This document shows, one piece after another, positions 35,662 to 45,303 of a DNA stretch of 64,000 nucleotides. Numbering within the stretch: the stretch's first letter is position 1; each line of letters opens with the position of its first letter. Made by a program: the position numbers and the translations under genes. Under the pieces are notes generated by a model. That model did not search any database. It had not been told where the DNA came from and saw only the letters and a program-made list of their open reading frames with translations. The stretch comes from a virus (taxonomy: Duplodnaviria; Caudoviricetes): positions 1-64,000 of the IMG/VR virus record IMGVR_UViG_3300005611_000007. One strand, given 5' to 3'.

Positions 35662-35971
35662 CTAATCCACTCACAATCATGTCTTCTGCTTCATATCCAG
35701 CAACATTGTCTGGAGCACCAATATCAGGAAACAAAGGGTCTACATCGCCGTAACCATATAAAAAATCATTATTCATTAGATGAACTCCGACCTTTTCTCG
35801 CCAACGAGTACCGTGAACTACATTCATATAACAATCTAATTGTTTTTCAATCAGTTCCAATAGATACTCATTTGTATACTTTCGAAGTTCATCTGCTTTA
35901 TATGGAATGTCCCAATCTTCTTCATTACGTACACAGTAATCTAAAACAAGTTCAATCAACTTTTCGCGCAT
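35627..35971 (-). CDS. Hypothetical protein
   Basis: Packed ORF between phoH and the exonuclease. Confidence 0.5.
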   Translation of the reverse strand: MREKLIELVLDYCVRNEEDWDIPYKADELRKYTNEYLLELIEKQLDCYMNVVHGTRWREKVGVHLMNNDFLYGYGDVDPLFPDIGAPDNVAGYEAEDMIVSGLDDFSTSPNKFT

Positions 35972-35973
35972 AT

Positions 35974-36714
35974 CTACAAAACTCCATGCTTTGCTTTTGA
36001 GATTATATAATCTTTCACGATACTGCTTCGCACAATATCGTCTTCCTCAAACTCTACTGTTTGAAACTCTTCTATTGTATCAAGAATTTTCATAAATGTC
36101 AATAATCCTTTTCTTTCTTCATCTCTAATAAGATCACTCTGTCTAAAGTCACCACAGAACATAATACGACTATTTTCACCAAGTCTGGTAATGATAGAAT
36201 CCAACTCATGGAAGTTTAAATTTTGAGCCTCATCAACTATTACAATCGTATCATCTAATGTTAGTCCACGAATATAAGATGTTGTAACAAAGTTGATAAG
36301 ATTCTTTGTTTTCAGAATCTCGTATGCATCGCCTCTTCCAAATAATTCACTACAGATGCTAGAGTATGGCGCTTCGTATACTTTGGATTTTTCTTTTTCG
36401 CTTCCTGGTAGAAATCCCATATCTCTTGTTGGGACTACCGAGCGAACAATGGTAACATTATGTTGGTCGCAGTCTTGGCTTAAAACGTCAGACAGTGCTA
36501 AGTAGAGTGATATGAAGGTCTTTCCTGTTCCTGCAAGACCATGCAGTAGAAGATTATATTCTTCGTCATAGTGATCAAAGGCTCGTTTTTGATTTTGTGT
36601 TTTCGGTTGAATAGATCGTATTCTAAGCGAATTACTCTGTTGTTTTCTCAGTTCTCTTTTTTGCCTTTTTGTAAGTTTACCTACGCCATAATCTTCTAGG
36701 TTAATAAGGGACAT
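35974..36714 (-). CDS. phoH: PhoH-family ATPase
   Basis: PKTQNQ, GLAGTGKT, RDMGFLPG, IRGLTL, DEAQN and GDFRQSDL motifs. Confidence 0.93.
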   Translation of the reverse strand: MSLINLEDYGVGKLTKRQKRELRKQQSNSLRIRSIQPKTQNQKRAFDHYDEEYNLLLHGLAGTGKTFISLYLALSDVLSQDCDQHNVTIVRSVVPTRDMGFLPGSEKEKSKVYEAPYSSICSELFGRGDAYEILKTKNLINFVTTSYIRGLTLDDTIVIVDEAQNLNFHELDSIITRLGENSRIMFCGDFRQSDLIRDEERKGLLTFMKILDTIEEFQTVEFEEDDIVRSSIVKDYIISKAKHGVL

Positions 36715-36735
36715 TTATTAGTTCCTTTGTGCGAG

Positions 36736-37059
36736 TTAAAGTTTTACAGAATCTCCACGTATAGCTCGCTGTTTTCTCCACTTCTCTACGGCTTGTCTTG
36801 TTTTAACCTCCTTTGTTGACTTTGTTGACCCTCTAGAAGCGGCCAGTTCGCTGGTTGGATGAGCATCAGAGATTTTACTCATTATATCATTCCAACCACC
36901 ATCATTACGCAAACCTCCAACTCCAGAAACAATGTTCATAGAGTTAAAGACTTGTTTAATTTGAGGATTTTTTTTAAGGTAACTTTCTTTTTCTGAGATT
37001 GACATAATGTCATCCCATTCCATGCCTGATTGTTCATTAAAAAATGTATAAGTTGGCAT
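36736..37059 (-). CDS. FmdB-like conserved phage protein
   Basis: MPTYTF.N..SG...MSISE...YLKKNP...GWNDIMSKI...HP. Confidence 0.65.
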   Translation of the reverse strand: MPTYTFFNEQSGMEWDDIMSISEKESYLKKNPQIKQVFNSMNIVSGVGGLRNDGGWNDIMSKISDAHPTSELAASRGSTKSTKEVKTRQAVEKWRKQRAIRGDSVKL

Positions 37060-37081
37060 TAGTCCTCCTTATCTCTATTTA

Positions 37082-37903
37082 TCAAATAGTGTCTTTTGTT
37101 TCATCAAAATCTCTAGAAAACACGCTTTTGAAATTTTCTTTCCAAAGATCAGAATATTCGCTATCCTGATATAATCTAAAAACAGGTGAACCTAAAGTAT
37201 GATGAATGTTAGATGGAAGTTCATCTTTTTCTAATCCGTAATAATCTCGATCCATTGGTTCGTCTACTAGATAATTCCATTTTAAAGGAAGTTCTCCAAT
37301 ATCATTATCATCGAACCCTTGAAATCTATGAAGATATGCCGGATCTTTTGTATCAGCTAATTTAAAGGTCATCTGTTTGCTTTTATCATGAAGACAATTC
37401 CACAGTGTAACAGAAGACCAGTTCTTTCTAGGATAATTCTCTTGGGGAGTACCATGCATCTTATAACGAGATGCAGAAGAATAATCGTGTTTACAAACAG
37501 AAACTGGTTTGGACAAGTCCGCCACTTTTAATAAATTCCAAACAGATTCAGTAAACATCATATCACAATCTAAAAATAAAGAATATCTTTCTAATAAACC
37601 TTTATATTTATTTTCTATACTTTCAGGATATTGCATATGTAATCTTGTGATAGGAACACAAAGAAATCTAGTCATAGAAAATTCTGTAGATCCTCTTTTA
37701 TCTAATTTTCTTGATGTATATTCATTGGCATAAAGTTGATTGTAGATCAAAGGAATAATTACAAAATCTTTTCTATGATTACTATATTTTCTAATTGTAT
37801 GCGCTAGTATTTTAGCGCAGAAATCTTCTTTAGAATCATATCCTATGAATATGGTTAAAGTAGTGCTTCCTGCTTTTTCTAGTGGATCAAAAAGAAATGT
37901 CAT
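37082..37903 (-). CDS. Glycosyltransferase (GT-A fold)
   Basis: IFIGYDS.E, STEFSMTRFL, FLDCDM, YPRKNWSS, LHRF and WNYLV motifs. Confidence 0.85.
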   Translation of the reverse strand: MTFLFDPLEKAGSTTLTIFIGYDSKEDFCAKILAHTIRKYSNHRKDFVIIPLIYNQLYANEYTSRKLDKRGSTEFSMTRFLCVPITRLHMQYPESIENKYKGLLERYSLFLDCDMMFTESVWNLLKVADLSKPVSVCKHDYSSASRYKMHGTPQENYPRKNWSSVTLWNCLHDKSKQMTFKLADTKDPAYLHRFQGFDDNDIGELPLKWNYLVDEPMDRDYYGLEKDELPSNIHHTLGSPVFRLYQDSEYSDLWKENFKSVFSRDFDETKDTI

Positions 37904-38525
37904 CTGTTAACATCTGCTCAAACATTGAATAAGACAAACCATGCATATTATTGGATTGACATCTGTAAAACTCATATTGTTTATCAAAAACAAATATAAA
38001 GTCTACAAGATGATTATGCGACATAAACCAATCTAGATATCTAATTCTATTTGGATTATCCGCAGCTCTTGTTCTTGTTTCAGCCTTTCCTTTAAACATA
38101 TTGCTGATAGATTGAGTCTCGTCGTTTTTAATTAAAGAGTCGAATCCTAATATATATAACACCGAACAACCTGTTCTTATAGCACATTTCATAGCAAACA
38201 TACCAGTATTAGAACGAGGACGAGGACCAGCGTGTCCATGATAAAACATAGACTCTACATGGTCCTCAATATCTTCTGGATAAATTATAGGGGACTGGTC
38301 TTCTTTTTCTAACTGGTCTCTCCTATACTCTTCAATGGTAACATGATAATCTACTTTATTAGGATCGTCAAATCCTTTGTAAGCAACGCCACACGAGTAG
38401 ATTAAAAGATTTTCTTTATTAACAAGATTATTTAAATTGAAATTTTGTCTTGTAGTACCATTACCTATAATAACAGCCGATTTACGATTTATGAATGGTA
38501 TCTTCTGAAACATCTTCACCTTCAT
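37887..38525 (-). CDS. Hypothetical protein, Maf/sialyltransferase-like Rossmann pattern
   Basis: AVIIGNGTTR...SNTG..A...A...G...LYILGFD. Confidence 0.5.
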   Translation of the reverse strand: MKVKMFQKIPFINRKSAVIIGNGTTRQNFNLNNLVNKENLLIYSCGVAYKGFDDPNKVDYHVTIEEYRRDQLEKEDQSPIIYPEDIEDHVESMFYHGHAGPRPRSNTGMFAMKCAIRTGCSVLYILGFDSLIKNDETQSISNMFKGKAETRTRAADNPNRIRYLDWFMSHNHLVDFIFVFDKQYEFYRCQSNNMHGLSYSMFEQMLTDDISF

Positions 38526-38673
38526 TTAAATTAAATTTATTTTTTAAAGATTCTTGGCGTTCTTCTCTCATTTTTCGAAATTTTTTTACTCGTCGTGGAT
38601 TATCATAATCATCGTAATCTTCATCCCACTTGTTACGGCGAGCCCGAAAAGTCTTAGACATAACTATTACCAA
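38482..38673 (-). CDS. Small charged hypothetical protein
   Basis: Packed ORF; probable start at MSKTFR. Confidence 0.5.
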   Translation of the reverse strand: MVIVMSKTFRARRNKWDEDYDDYDNPRRVKKFRKMREERQESLKNKFNLNEGEDVSEDTIHKS

Positions 38674-39092
38674 TCCTTTGCTTCTGTGAAAGTTTTCTTA
38701 ATAAGCGCCTTAGTGATTCCTTTATAAGGACTCTTTTTATTTTTGATGGACAACATCATTAGAGCATCGTCTGGATCCATAGATTCCAGAAATTCGATAA
38801 ACATCGTTTCCCGTTTAATCGGTTTGATGTTTTCATACTGACCTTTAATAAAATACTTTATTCTACGAAAATCGTGATATAGGTAATTTTGTAAATCAGA
38901 CTCTTTTGGTTGTGGTTTGTATGGTGGATCACCCTCTGGGAGATCAAATAATACTTTCGGATCAAACATTAGTCTGAACATAAGTATCAATGGTATACAG
39001 GTCTTTGACGATTCTTGTAAATACGCAATTTTCTCATTTTCTGTCTTTAACTTAGACGCCTTTTCAATAATTTCAGCAATACCATCTTTCAT
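38667..39092 (-). CDS. Conserved T4-like phage hypothetical protein
   Basis: FD....LPEGDPPYKP...KRE.MFI..LE...P.DA...K.K..PYKGIT. Confidence 0.7.
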   Translation of the reverse strand: MKDGIAEIIEKASKLKTENEKIAYLQESSKTCIPLILMFRLMFDPKVLFDLPEGDPPYKPQPKESDLQNYLYHDFRRIKYFIKGQYENIKPIKRETMFIEFLESMDPDDALMMLSIKNKKSPYKGITKALIKKTFTEAKDW

Positions 39093-39935
39093 TTAAAACT
39101 CCTGAATATCAGACATTAGATTTTTCAACCTCTTCTTAATAAAATAGTTCAACAACTTTGATTTATCCTTTTTTTCATAGTTCTTATATGTATCTATAAC
39201 TTGTGTACGGATTGTTTCTGGTATACGAGATAGATCAATCAACTGAATGTTTCTCATATAGTTTCGATGTACTTCACCATCAAAAGGAGTGATACCACGA
39301 TTCATATCATCAATCATTGCAGCAACCTTTTTCTTTGTTAATGGCCGCTGTCTAGCACCAACGACGAAAACATCATCACGAGAAAGAATATTAGGTACTC
39401 CGTCGCCGGCATCGCCCCTGATAACATGTTCGTAAAGGTAAGCCATAGGATCTTCAACTCTAATAAACTTCTTCGTAATAGGGGAATACTGTTCAACATT
39501 CTTATACCTTTGCAATTGTGAAAAGTCTTTATCGCCAGAGACAATCATGATCTTTTCACCATTACCACCAAATCGTTCGACCATTGTAGCAATGATGTCA
39601 TCAGCCTCGGCAGATTCGATTTGAATTACGACATATGGAAAATTATCTCGAATCTCTTCTTTGATTGAATTCAGCGTATCAAAGATAAGATTCCAGTCGA
39701 GTGGTGATTCTTCTCGACTCTTCTTACGATTTGCCTTATAGTAAGGAAAGATTTGACGACGCCAATAGTTCTTGTCATCGCAACAGAGTATCATTTCTCC
39801 GTATTCAGAGAACCGTGTCTTAAAGCTACGGATTGAGTTTAGTACCATGTGACGAATAAGATCTTCACTAAAATCTTTATTGCCACTCGCCAGAATGCCT
39901 GATAGACATACCTGTGAAAAATCTAACAAAATCAT
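39093..39935 (-). CDS. rnh: RNase H / 5'-3' exonuclease (T4 rnh)
   Basis: MILLDFSQ, YWRRQIFPYYKANRK, EADDIIA, SGDKDF.QLQ and GDAGDGVPN motifs. Confidence 0.93.
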   Translation of the reverse strand: MILLDFSQVCLSGILASGNKDFSEDLIRHMVLNSIRSFKTRFSEYGEMILCCDDKNYWRRQIFPYYKANRKKSREESPLDWNLIFDTLNSIKEEIRDNFPYVVIQIESAEADDIIATMVERFGGNGEKIMIVSGDKDFSQLQRYKNVEQYSPITKKFIRVEDPMAYLYEHVIRGDAGDGVPNILSRDDVFVVGARQRPLTKKKVAAMIDDMNRGITPFDGEVHRNYMRNIQLIDLSRIPETIRTQVIDTYKNYEKKDKSKLLNYFIKKRLKNLMSDIQEF

Positions 39936-39943
39936 ATCACACC

Positions 39944-40321
39944 TTATTCTTCGTCATCTTCCTCTTCGTCACCAAATACAATATCGCCATTCTCAATCAT
40001 CTTCTTGAGACGGTCACGATTGTTTAAGATGACATCATATAAAGGATGTTCGATATCCACACTATTATATAGTATGGCTCTCATCATCTCTCCAACAAGA
40101 ATATAATCCTTGAAGAATCCAGAATCTTCTATAGGAAACCCTTGCATCATCATTTTCGTAGCAAGACGGCTAAATTCTGTGTTGACTACTTCGTCTACCA
40201 ACATCATTCGATTGATTGTGATAGCCTTTATTGTCTCTTCTTCAGATTGTGGAAGATTCCTTTCTTTTACAATGGGCGATACACCCATTCGTTCCAAAGG
40301 AAACTGAATCACATTGCTCAT
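39944..40321 (-). CDS. Hypothetical protein
   Basis: MSNVIQFP start, acidic tail, packed ORF. Confidence 0.6.
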   Translation of the reverse strand: MSNVIQFPLERMGVSPIVKERNLPQSEEETIKAITINRMMLVDEVVNTEFSRLATKMMMQGFPIEDSGFFKDYILVGEMMRAILYNSVDIEHPLYDVILNNRDRLKKMIENGDIVFGDEEEDDEE

Positions 40322-41355
40322 AATACTCTCACTAATAGTGTATCTTTATTGATACGACCTGTAAACGTTGATGGTTTGGTTGTTAGTTTATCCATGAAAG
40401 TCCTGAGTTTGACCTTTCCCGATTTTAGCAACTCACCTAGTTGCTCTTGAGGTTTACGTAATGTCTTACACATACTTGTTTCCATATCAAAGTTTTGAAG
40501 TGTGGTTCCTTTCATCTTAAAACCACCCTCCAAAGAGTTATAACAAGTCAATTTCTTATACTTGACATTATATACCCACAATTGTTTCATGTCAACAATT
40601 GTTTCTGGACTTATCGACACAACTTTCAACTCATTCGATTCTTTGAGATATTGAATATTTTTTACGAGTTGTGCGGCAGACTTTACCTTTGGTTTACGTG
40701 GACGACGTATTACCTTTCTATTATTTATATGCTTGTCTAGTTCAGTCAATAGACGTTCAAAAAATGCAATACGATTTGTCAAACCTTTACGTTTTAGATA
40801 TCCCCAGGCTTCTTTAAGATCCTCATTCTTACCTTTCTTTGCTTCCAAGAGTTCTTCATATTCTCTTTTATAATATTGAGTAATTTTCTCAATTTGTGTT
40901 TTGTTCATATTTTTGATTCTAGCAAACTGATAGAAGTCAAACTTGTCATCTTGTCGGTCTACTACCTCTTCTAATTCGCCAATCCATTCTTTTACTGGAT
41001 CAATCTTATCTTTTTGTGTCGTATTCTTATTAGGGGATTTTACGACTTTCACTTCTTCCTCTGCCAGTTGAGAAATTCTATTTCGAAGATAGTCCATACG
41101 AGAGGAATCGTTTGTGTGAATAATACATGCCCAGTGTGGAAACATAAATTTCCAGTCTGGTTGTTTTAGAATAGATGTGGCAATTTTCTTAGGAAACTCA
41201 GTACGAATCCAAGATTTGACCAATTCTATAATCTGCTTATTCTCAACTTCGTATTGAAAATAAAAATCAGCCGCCCGTCCAGGAGTCTTAGGGGCACCAC
41301 TAAGACCTGTTACTCGGTGAGCACGTACACGTTTCTTACGAGGTTTAAGAGACAT
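40318..41355 (-). CDS. Conserved T4-like aquatic phage hypothetical protein
   Basis: RRPRKPK...LWVYNVKYKKL..Y...KGTTLQNFD...KTLRKP...GRINKDTLL. Confidence 0.7.
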   Translation of the reverse strand: MSLKPRKKRVRAHRVTGLSGAPKTPGRAADFYFQYEVENKQIIELVKSWIRTEFPKKIATSILKQPDWKFMFPHWACIIHTNDSSRMDYLRNRISQLAEEEVKVVKSPNKNTTQKDKIDPVKEWIGELEEVVDRQDDKFDFYQFARIKNMNKTQIEKITQYYKREYEELLEAKKGKNEDLKEAWGYLKRKGLTNRIAFFERLLTELDKHINNRKVIRRPRKPKVKSAAQLVKNIQYLKESNELKVVSISPETIVDMKQLWVYNVKYKKLTCYNSLEGGFKMKGTTLQNFDMETSMCKTLRKPQEQLGELLKSGKVKLRTFMDKLTTKPSTFTGRINKDTLLVRVL

Positions 41356-41368
41356 TTAGACTTTTCCT

Positions 41369-41830
41369 TCATTCATTACCAGACACCATAGCGTTACCAG
41401 ACACCTCAGCGTCACCAGTCACCACGGCGTCATTAGACACCATAGCGTTACCAGACACCACAGCGTAACCAGTCACCACAGCGTAACCAGACACCCGAGC
41501 GTTACCAGACACCATAGCGCGACCAGACACCACAGCGCGACCAGACACCACAGCGCGACCAGACACCACAGCATTATCAGACACCATAGCGTAACCAGTC
41601 ACCCGAGCGTTATCATACACCCGAGCGTTATCAAACACCCTAGCGTTATCATACACCACAGCGCGACCAGATACCACAGCGCGACCATACACCCTAGCGT
41701 TACCAGTCACCCGAGCGTTAGGCCCAACATAGGCGGTCTCAAAAACAGTAGCGGTATCAGCAACCCATCCACCACCATTAGGATGTTGGTGAGCAGGAAC
41801 TGGATCAGTACCAAAATCAAAAGTAGTCAT
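41369..41830 (-). CDS. Left-handed beta-helix hexapeptide-repeat protein, paralog 2
   Basis: Same N-terminus (TTFDFG..VPAH.H.NGGGWVADTATV) and 18-bp repeats as 20308-20940. Confidence 0.8.
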   Translation of the reverse strand: MTTFDFGTDPVPAHQHPNGGGWVADTATVFETAYVGPNARVTGNARVYGRAVVSGRAVVYDNARVFDNARVYDNARVTGYAMVSDNAVVSGRAVVSGRAVVSGRAMVSGNARVSGYAVVTGYAVVSGNAMVSNDAVVTGDAEVSGNAMVSGNE

Positions 41831-41860
41831 CTTGTTCACTCCTTCATTCATCATAGGTAT

Positions 41861-41889
41861 ATCCTACCAGGAATTTTATTTTTTGTCAA
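41861..41889 (-). promoter_or_regulatory. Sigma70-type early promoter, class A leader
   Basis: TTGACA-17-TAGGAT, then atacctATGATGAATGAAGGAG. Confidence 0.8.
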
Positions 41890-42112
41890 CAACTTTTTTT
41901 GTTGTGATATAAAATTTTTGGTCTTTGTCAAAATCGTAGGTCCATCTCAATCCGGGCCCCCATGGTGTATCTGTTCCCTTCCAATCCATATCTTTGAGAA
42001 ACTGCTGTAACTCAACACGACCACCATATCTCGTATCGATATAATCTATAAACTCATCACACCAGGGATCGTCTGGTTTAACGTATCCTGCATGGTCAGG
42101 TGGTTTTCTCAT
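41876..42112 (-). CDS. Hypothetical protein
   Basis: Probable start at the ATGA overlap with the upstream stop (MRKPPDHAGY...). Confidence 0.5.
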   Translation of the reverse strand: MRKPPDHAGYVKPDDPWCDEFIDYIDTRYGGRVELQQFLKDMDWKGTDTPWGPGLRWTYDFDKDQKFYITTKKVVDKK

Positions 42113-42561
42113 CGTGCTCGGCCATCTCCCATCAATCCAGGACAACTCATTGCCCCAAGAACCCACAATGGACTTAAATATTCCCAGATATTTTTGTCTT
42201 GTTGATCCAGCCACTCTTTCTGAATCATTATAGCATGATATTCTCTTCGTTGTGGACATTCGTATAAATCCTCAATGTCATTATATTCTTGATAATGATG
42301 AATGAGTTCGTGTAATAAAATGCTTTGATCCCATATATCATTCACATCAAAATCATTTGGTAGATATATCGTATCAGATACATACACTCCCATCACATTT
42401 ACTGATTTCTCAGGACCTTCATATTTCACTCCTGGATAAACCATATGAAATAACTGTTCTTTATCTTTTAACATTATATCTGGTAAATGAGGTATTGTCA
42501 ACCCTGTATGAACATTCATCCATATCATAAAAGATGCTAATAAAGTTTTTATTGTGAGCAT
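42109..42561 (-). CDS. Hypothetical protein with zincin-like HExxH motif
   Basis: IYLP...SILLHELIHHYQ...CP...E..A...Q..W. Confidence 0.65.
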   Translation of the reverse strand: MLTIKTLLASFMIWMNVHTGLTIPHLPDIMLKDKEQLFHMVYPGVKYEGPEKSVNVMGVYVSDTIYLPNDFDVNDIWDQSILLHELIHHYQEYNDIEDLYECPQRREYHAIMIQKEWLDQQDKNIWEYLSPLWVLGAMSCPGLMGDGRAR

Positions 42562-42577
42562 TTTAAATATCCTTAAA

Positions 42578-42585
42578 TATAAATA
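42578..42585 (+). promoter_or_regulatory. T4-type late promoter for the plus-strand three-gene cassette
   Basis: TATAAATA followed by an AAGGAGG RBS (~42605). Confidence 0.7.
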
Positions 42586-42622
42586 AACCGTATAGACAAT
42601 AATAAGGAGGTGTAAGGCAAAA

Positions 42623-43222
42623 ATGAAAACCGCAATACCGTTTTTGGTATTTATCGTGGTTTTTATGTTTTCATCTTCTGTGTTTGCTCAAAGCACTATT
42701 ACTACAAATAACAATAACAATAACAATAATGTGAATACGAGTAATAGTAGCAGTACTAGTAATGTCGTTACTGACACTGATACAAAAACGATAGTGATTA
42801 ATCCACCACCCAGCGCTATTTCTCCAAGTATTAATAGTAATAATATGGATCTTTGCACTACGGGTGCGAGTACTGCTGTACAAACACAGATTTTGGGTCT
42901 CAGTAAAGGGACCACTGTTCGTGACCCAAATTGTGAGAGATTGAAGTTGAGTAAAACTCTTTATGATATGGGCATGAAAGTCGCCGCTGTTAGTGTTCTC
43001 TGTCAAGATAGAAGAGTGTTTGATGCCATGAAAATGGCAGGTACACCCTGTCCTTATCTTGGTCAAATTGGACAACCAGCCGCTGACCAGTGGGATGCAA
43101 ACCCCGAAATGGTTCCAGATGCAGAATCAAAAGATCTAGATGGAGACAAAGTAGATGACGATGAAGCTAAAGTATTTGGCGTCGGCATTCTTGGCATTCT
43201 TGGTTTGCTTTTGCTCCTATAA
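42623..43222 (+). CDS. Exported Cys-containing protein with C-terminal membrane anchor
   Basis: Signal peptide; Asn/Ser/Thr linker; PPPSAISP...DLC...NCERLKL...LCQD...GTPCP; terminal hydrophobic helix. Confidence 0.75.
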   Translation: MKTAIPFLVFIVVFMFSSSVFAQSTITTNNNNNNNNVNTSNSSSTSNVVTDTDTKTIVINPPPSAISPSINSNNMDLCTTGASTAVQTQILGLSKGTTVRDPNCERLKLSKTLYDMGMKVAAVSVLCQDRRVFDAMKMAGTPCPYLGQIGQPAADQWDANPEMVPDAESKDLDGDKVDDDEAKVFGVGILGILGLLLLL

Positions 43223-45302
43223 CGCTAGTGCTCAAACATTTGACACCTCTACCGGTGCACCTACAATCGTTGAACATAATATCAGCGACGATGGTTACAC
43301 ACAGGTAAATCTAGGATTTTCATTTCCTTTCTATGGAAATACTTATACCACGTCCTATATGCATAGCAATGGTGTTGTTCAATTTGTAAACCCAACGACG
43401 AGTTGGTGTTGTAGTGGTATTAATTTAGACACCAATTCAACTCTTAGTTCGTCTTATAACTATGCAATTGCTGTATTATGGACAGACTTGATAGACAATT
43501 CAACAGAAGGAAGATTTTACACACAGGGTAATGAAAATTACCAAAGATATCAATGGAATAATATAAGTGAATATTATAACAGCAATCGAAATACAGTAGG
43601 TCTAGAAATTCGTCCAGATGGTAGTTTTGATATGTATCATCAAATGATCAACATACAAAACCATGCTTTCACTATTGGTGTTATAGGCGATGCTACACAA
43701 GGCGAATGGACACAATATCAATATACAAATCCAGGTGGTACATTATATAATTTTGGATCTTCTACAGCCGATGATAGAGTAACTGGTTGGTCAGCGACAA
43801 ATAACGTGTATAGTTATAGTGATGGAACTGCTGGTACTGCATCTGCTTCTGATCCTTGTGATAGTGATCCATTATACTCAGAGAATTGTTCTGGTTACGC
43901 TCAAGCATACTATAATCAACAGTGTGAACTAGACGCTCTGTATGATAGTGGATGTTCAGGATATGCTGATGCCTACTTTAGTCAACAGTGTTCTTTAGAC
44001 CCTTTATATGATATTGAATGTACTGGTTATGCAGAAGCTTATTTCGATCAACAATGTTCTTTAGACCCTTTATATGATACTGACTGCACTGATTATAATG
44101 AAACATATTTCAACCAACAGTGTTCTTTAGATCCTCTTTATAATAGTGAATGTCCTGGATACACACAGGCATACTACGATCAACAATGTTCTTTAGACCC
44201 TTTATATGATTCTAGTTGTTCGGGATATAAGACCGCTTATTATAATCAGCAATGTAGTCTTGACGCTCTCTATGATACAGAATGCCCAGGTTACGCAACT
44301 GCTTACTACAATCAACAGTGTTCTTTAGATCCATTATATGATACAAGATGTCCGGGTTACGAACAGGCGGTTATCGCTAGAAACTGTAATATAGATCCTT
44401 TGTTTAGTCCTACATGTGATGGATATTCAGCAGCACTAGCAGCGCAACAAGAGAAACAAGCAGAAGAAACAAAAACCACTGAAGACGAACAACAAGTAGA
44501 GACAGTAGCAGAAGCAAATCCAACAGAAGAGACTATAGTTGTTGCAGTCACAGAAACAAATAAAGAAGAGATTACAACATCAGTAGTTGAAGTTGAAGGT
44601 ATTCCTAATGTAACTGTAGTTATACCAGAAGTATCACAACTAGATACAGCAACAGCGGCGTTTACCGCACGAGTAGAAACTTTACAAGCAGAAACTAGAC
44701 AAGAGGTTCAACAAGCTGTAGCAGCAGAACAACAAGCGGTAGTCGCAGAGATTGAGTCTGAGGTAGAACAAGAAATTGAACAACAGATAGCAGCAGAAGT
44801 AGAGACTAATACTGAAGAAGTCAAAGAAGAAACTAAGGAAGAAACAAAAGAAGAAATTAAAGTTGCCGCTGTAGAAGAAAAGAAAGAAGAGAAGAAGGAG
44901 GAAAAGAAAGAGGAGACTAAAGAAGAAGTAAAAGAAGAGAAAAAAGAAGAACCCAAAAAGAAAGAAGCAAAGAAGGAAAAAGAAAAACCTTCTAAAGAAG
45001 TACGAATTAAACAAGCTATACAGGAACGTATTGAGTCATTAGCAGAAAAGATGGGTGAGTCAGCAGCACTTGAAACACAAGTAGCAGCACAGGCATCAAT
45101 CGTCGCTATGATGGGATATGTTCCGGGATTTAAAGATTATACTGGCGTGCAGTTACAGGATAAACCTTTTTATGAACAAACACAGATTCCTAGTGGAAGT
45201 ATACAGGATAACAGATTTATTAGTCGATTCTTGATGAATGATCAGAAGTTTAATGAGTTAGAAAGATCACAATTCAATAATAGGGTAATAGGTACAAGGT
45301 AA
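43155..45302 (+). CDS. Large exported protein: NIDO-like domain, nine Cys-pair repeats, Glu/Lys-rich stalk
   Basis: Signal peptide; DDG...LGFSFPFYG..Y....SNG...IAVLWTDL; QQCSLDPLYDxxCxGY repeats; EEKKEE tract; C-terminal MGYVPGF. Confidence 0.75.
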   Translation: MTMKLKYLASAFLAFLVCFCSYNASAQTFDTSTGAPTIVEHNISDDGYTQVNLGFSFPFYGNTYTTSYMHSNGVVQFVNPTTSWCCSGINLDTNSTLSSSYNYAIAVLWTDLIDNSTEGRFYTQGNENYQRYQWNNISEYYNSNRNTVGLEIRPDGSFDMYHQMINIQNHAFTIGVIGDATQGEWTQYQYTNPGGTLYNFGSSTADDRVTGWSATNNVYSYSDGTAGTASASDPCDSDPLYSENCSGYAQAYYNQQCELDALYDSGCSGYADAYFSQQCSLDPLYDIECTGYAEAYFDQQCSLDPLYDTDCTDYNETYFNQQCSLDPLYNSECPGYTQAYYDQQCSLDPLYDSSCSGYKTAYYNQQCSLDALYDTECPGYATAYYNQQCSLDPLYDTRCPGYEQAVIARNCNIDPLFSPTCDGYSAALAAQQEKQAEETKTTEDEQQVETVAEANPTEETIVVAVTETNKEEITTSVVEVEGIPNVTVVIPEVSQLDTATAAFTARVETLQAETRQEVQQAVAAEQQAVVAEIESEVEQEIEQQIAAEVETNTEEVKEETKEETKEEIKVAAVEEKKEEKKEEKKEETKEEVKEEKKEEPKKKEAKKEKEKPSKEVRIKQAIQERIESLAEKMGESAALETQVAAQASIVAMMGYVPGFKDYTGVQLQDKPFYEQTQIPSGSIQDNRFISRFLMNDQKFNELERSQFNNRVIGTR
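43852..44435 (+). repeat. Nine tandem 66-bp (22-aa) coding repeats
   Basis: CAACA(A/G)TGTTCTTTAGA(C/T)CC recurs every 66 bp; boundaries approximate. Confidence 0.9.
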
Positions 45303-45303
45303 A

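Noticed and set aside
43852-44435. 66-bp period repeats as a CRISPR array
   Set aside because: The period is CRISPR-like, but variation is largely at synonymous positions and the units encode a 22-aa Cys repeat within one long ORF.
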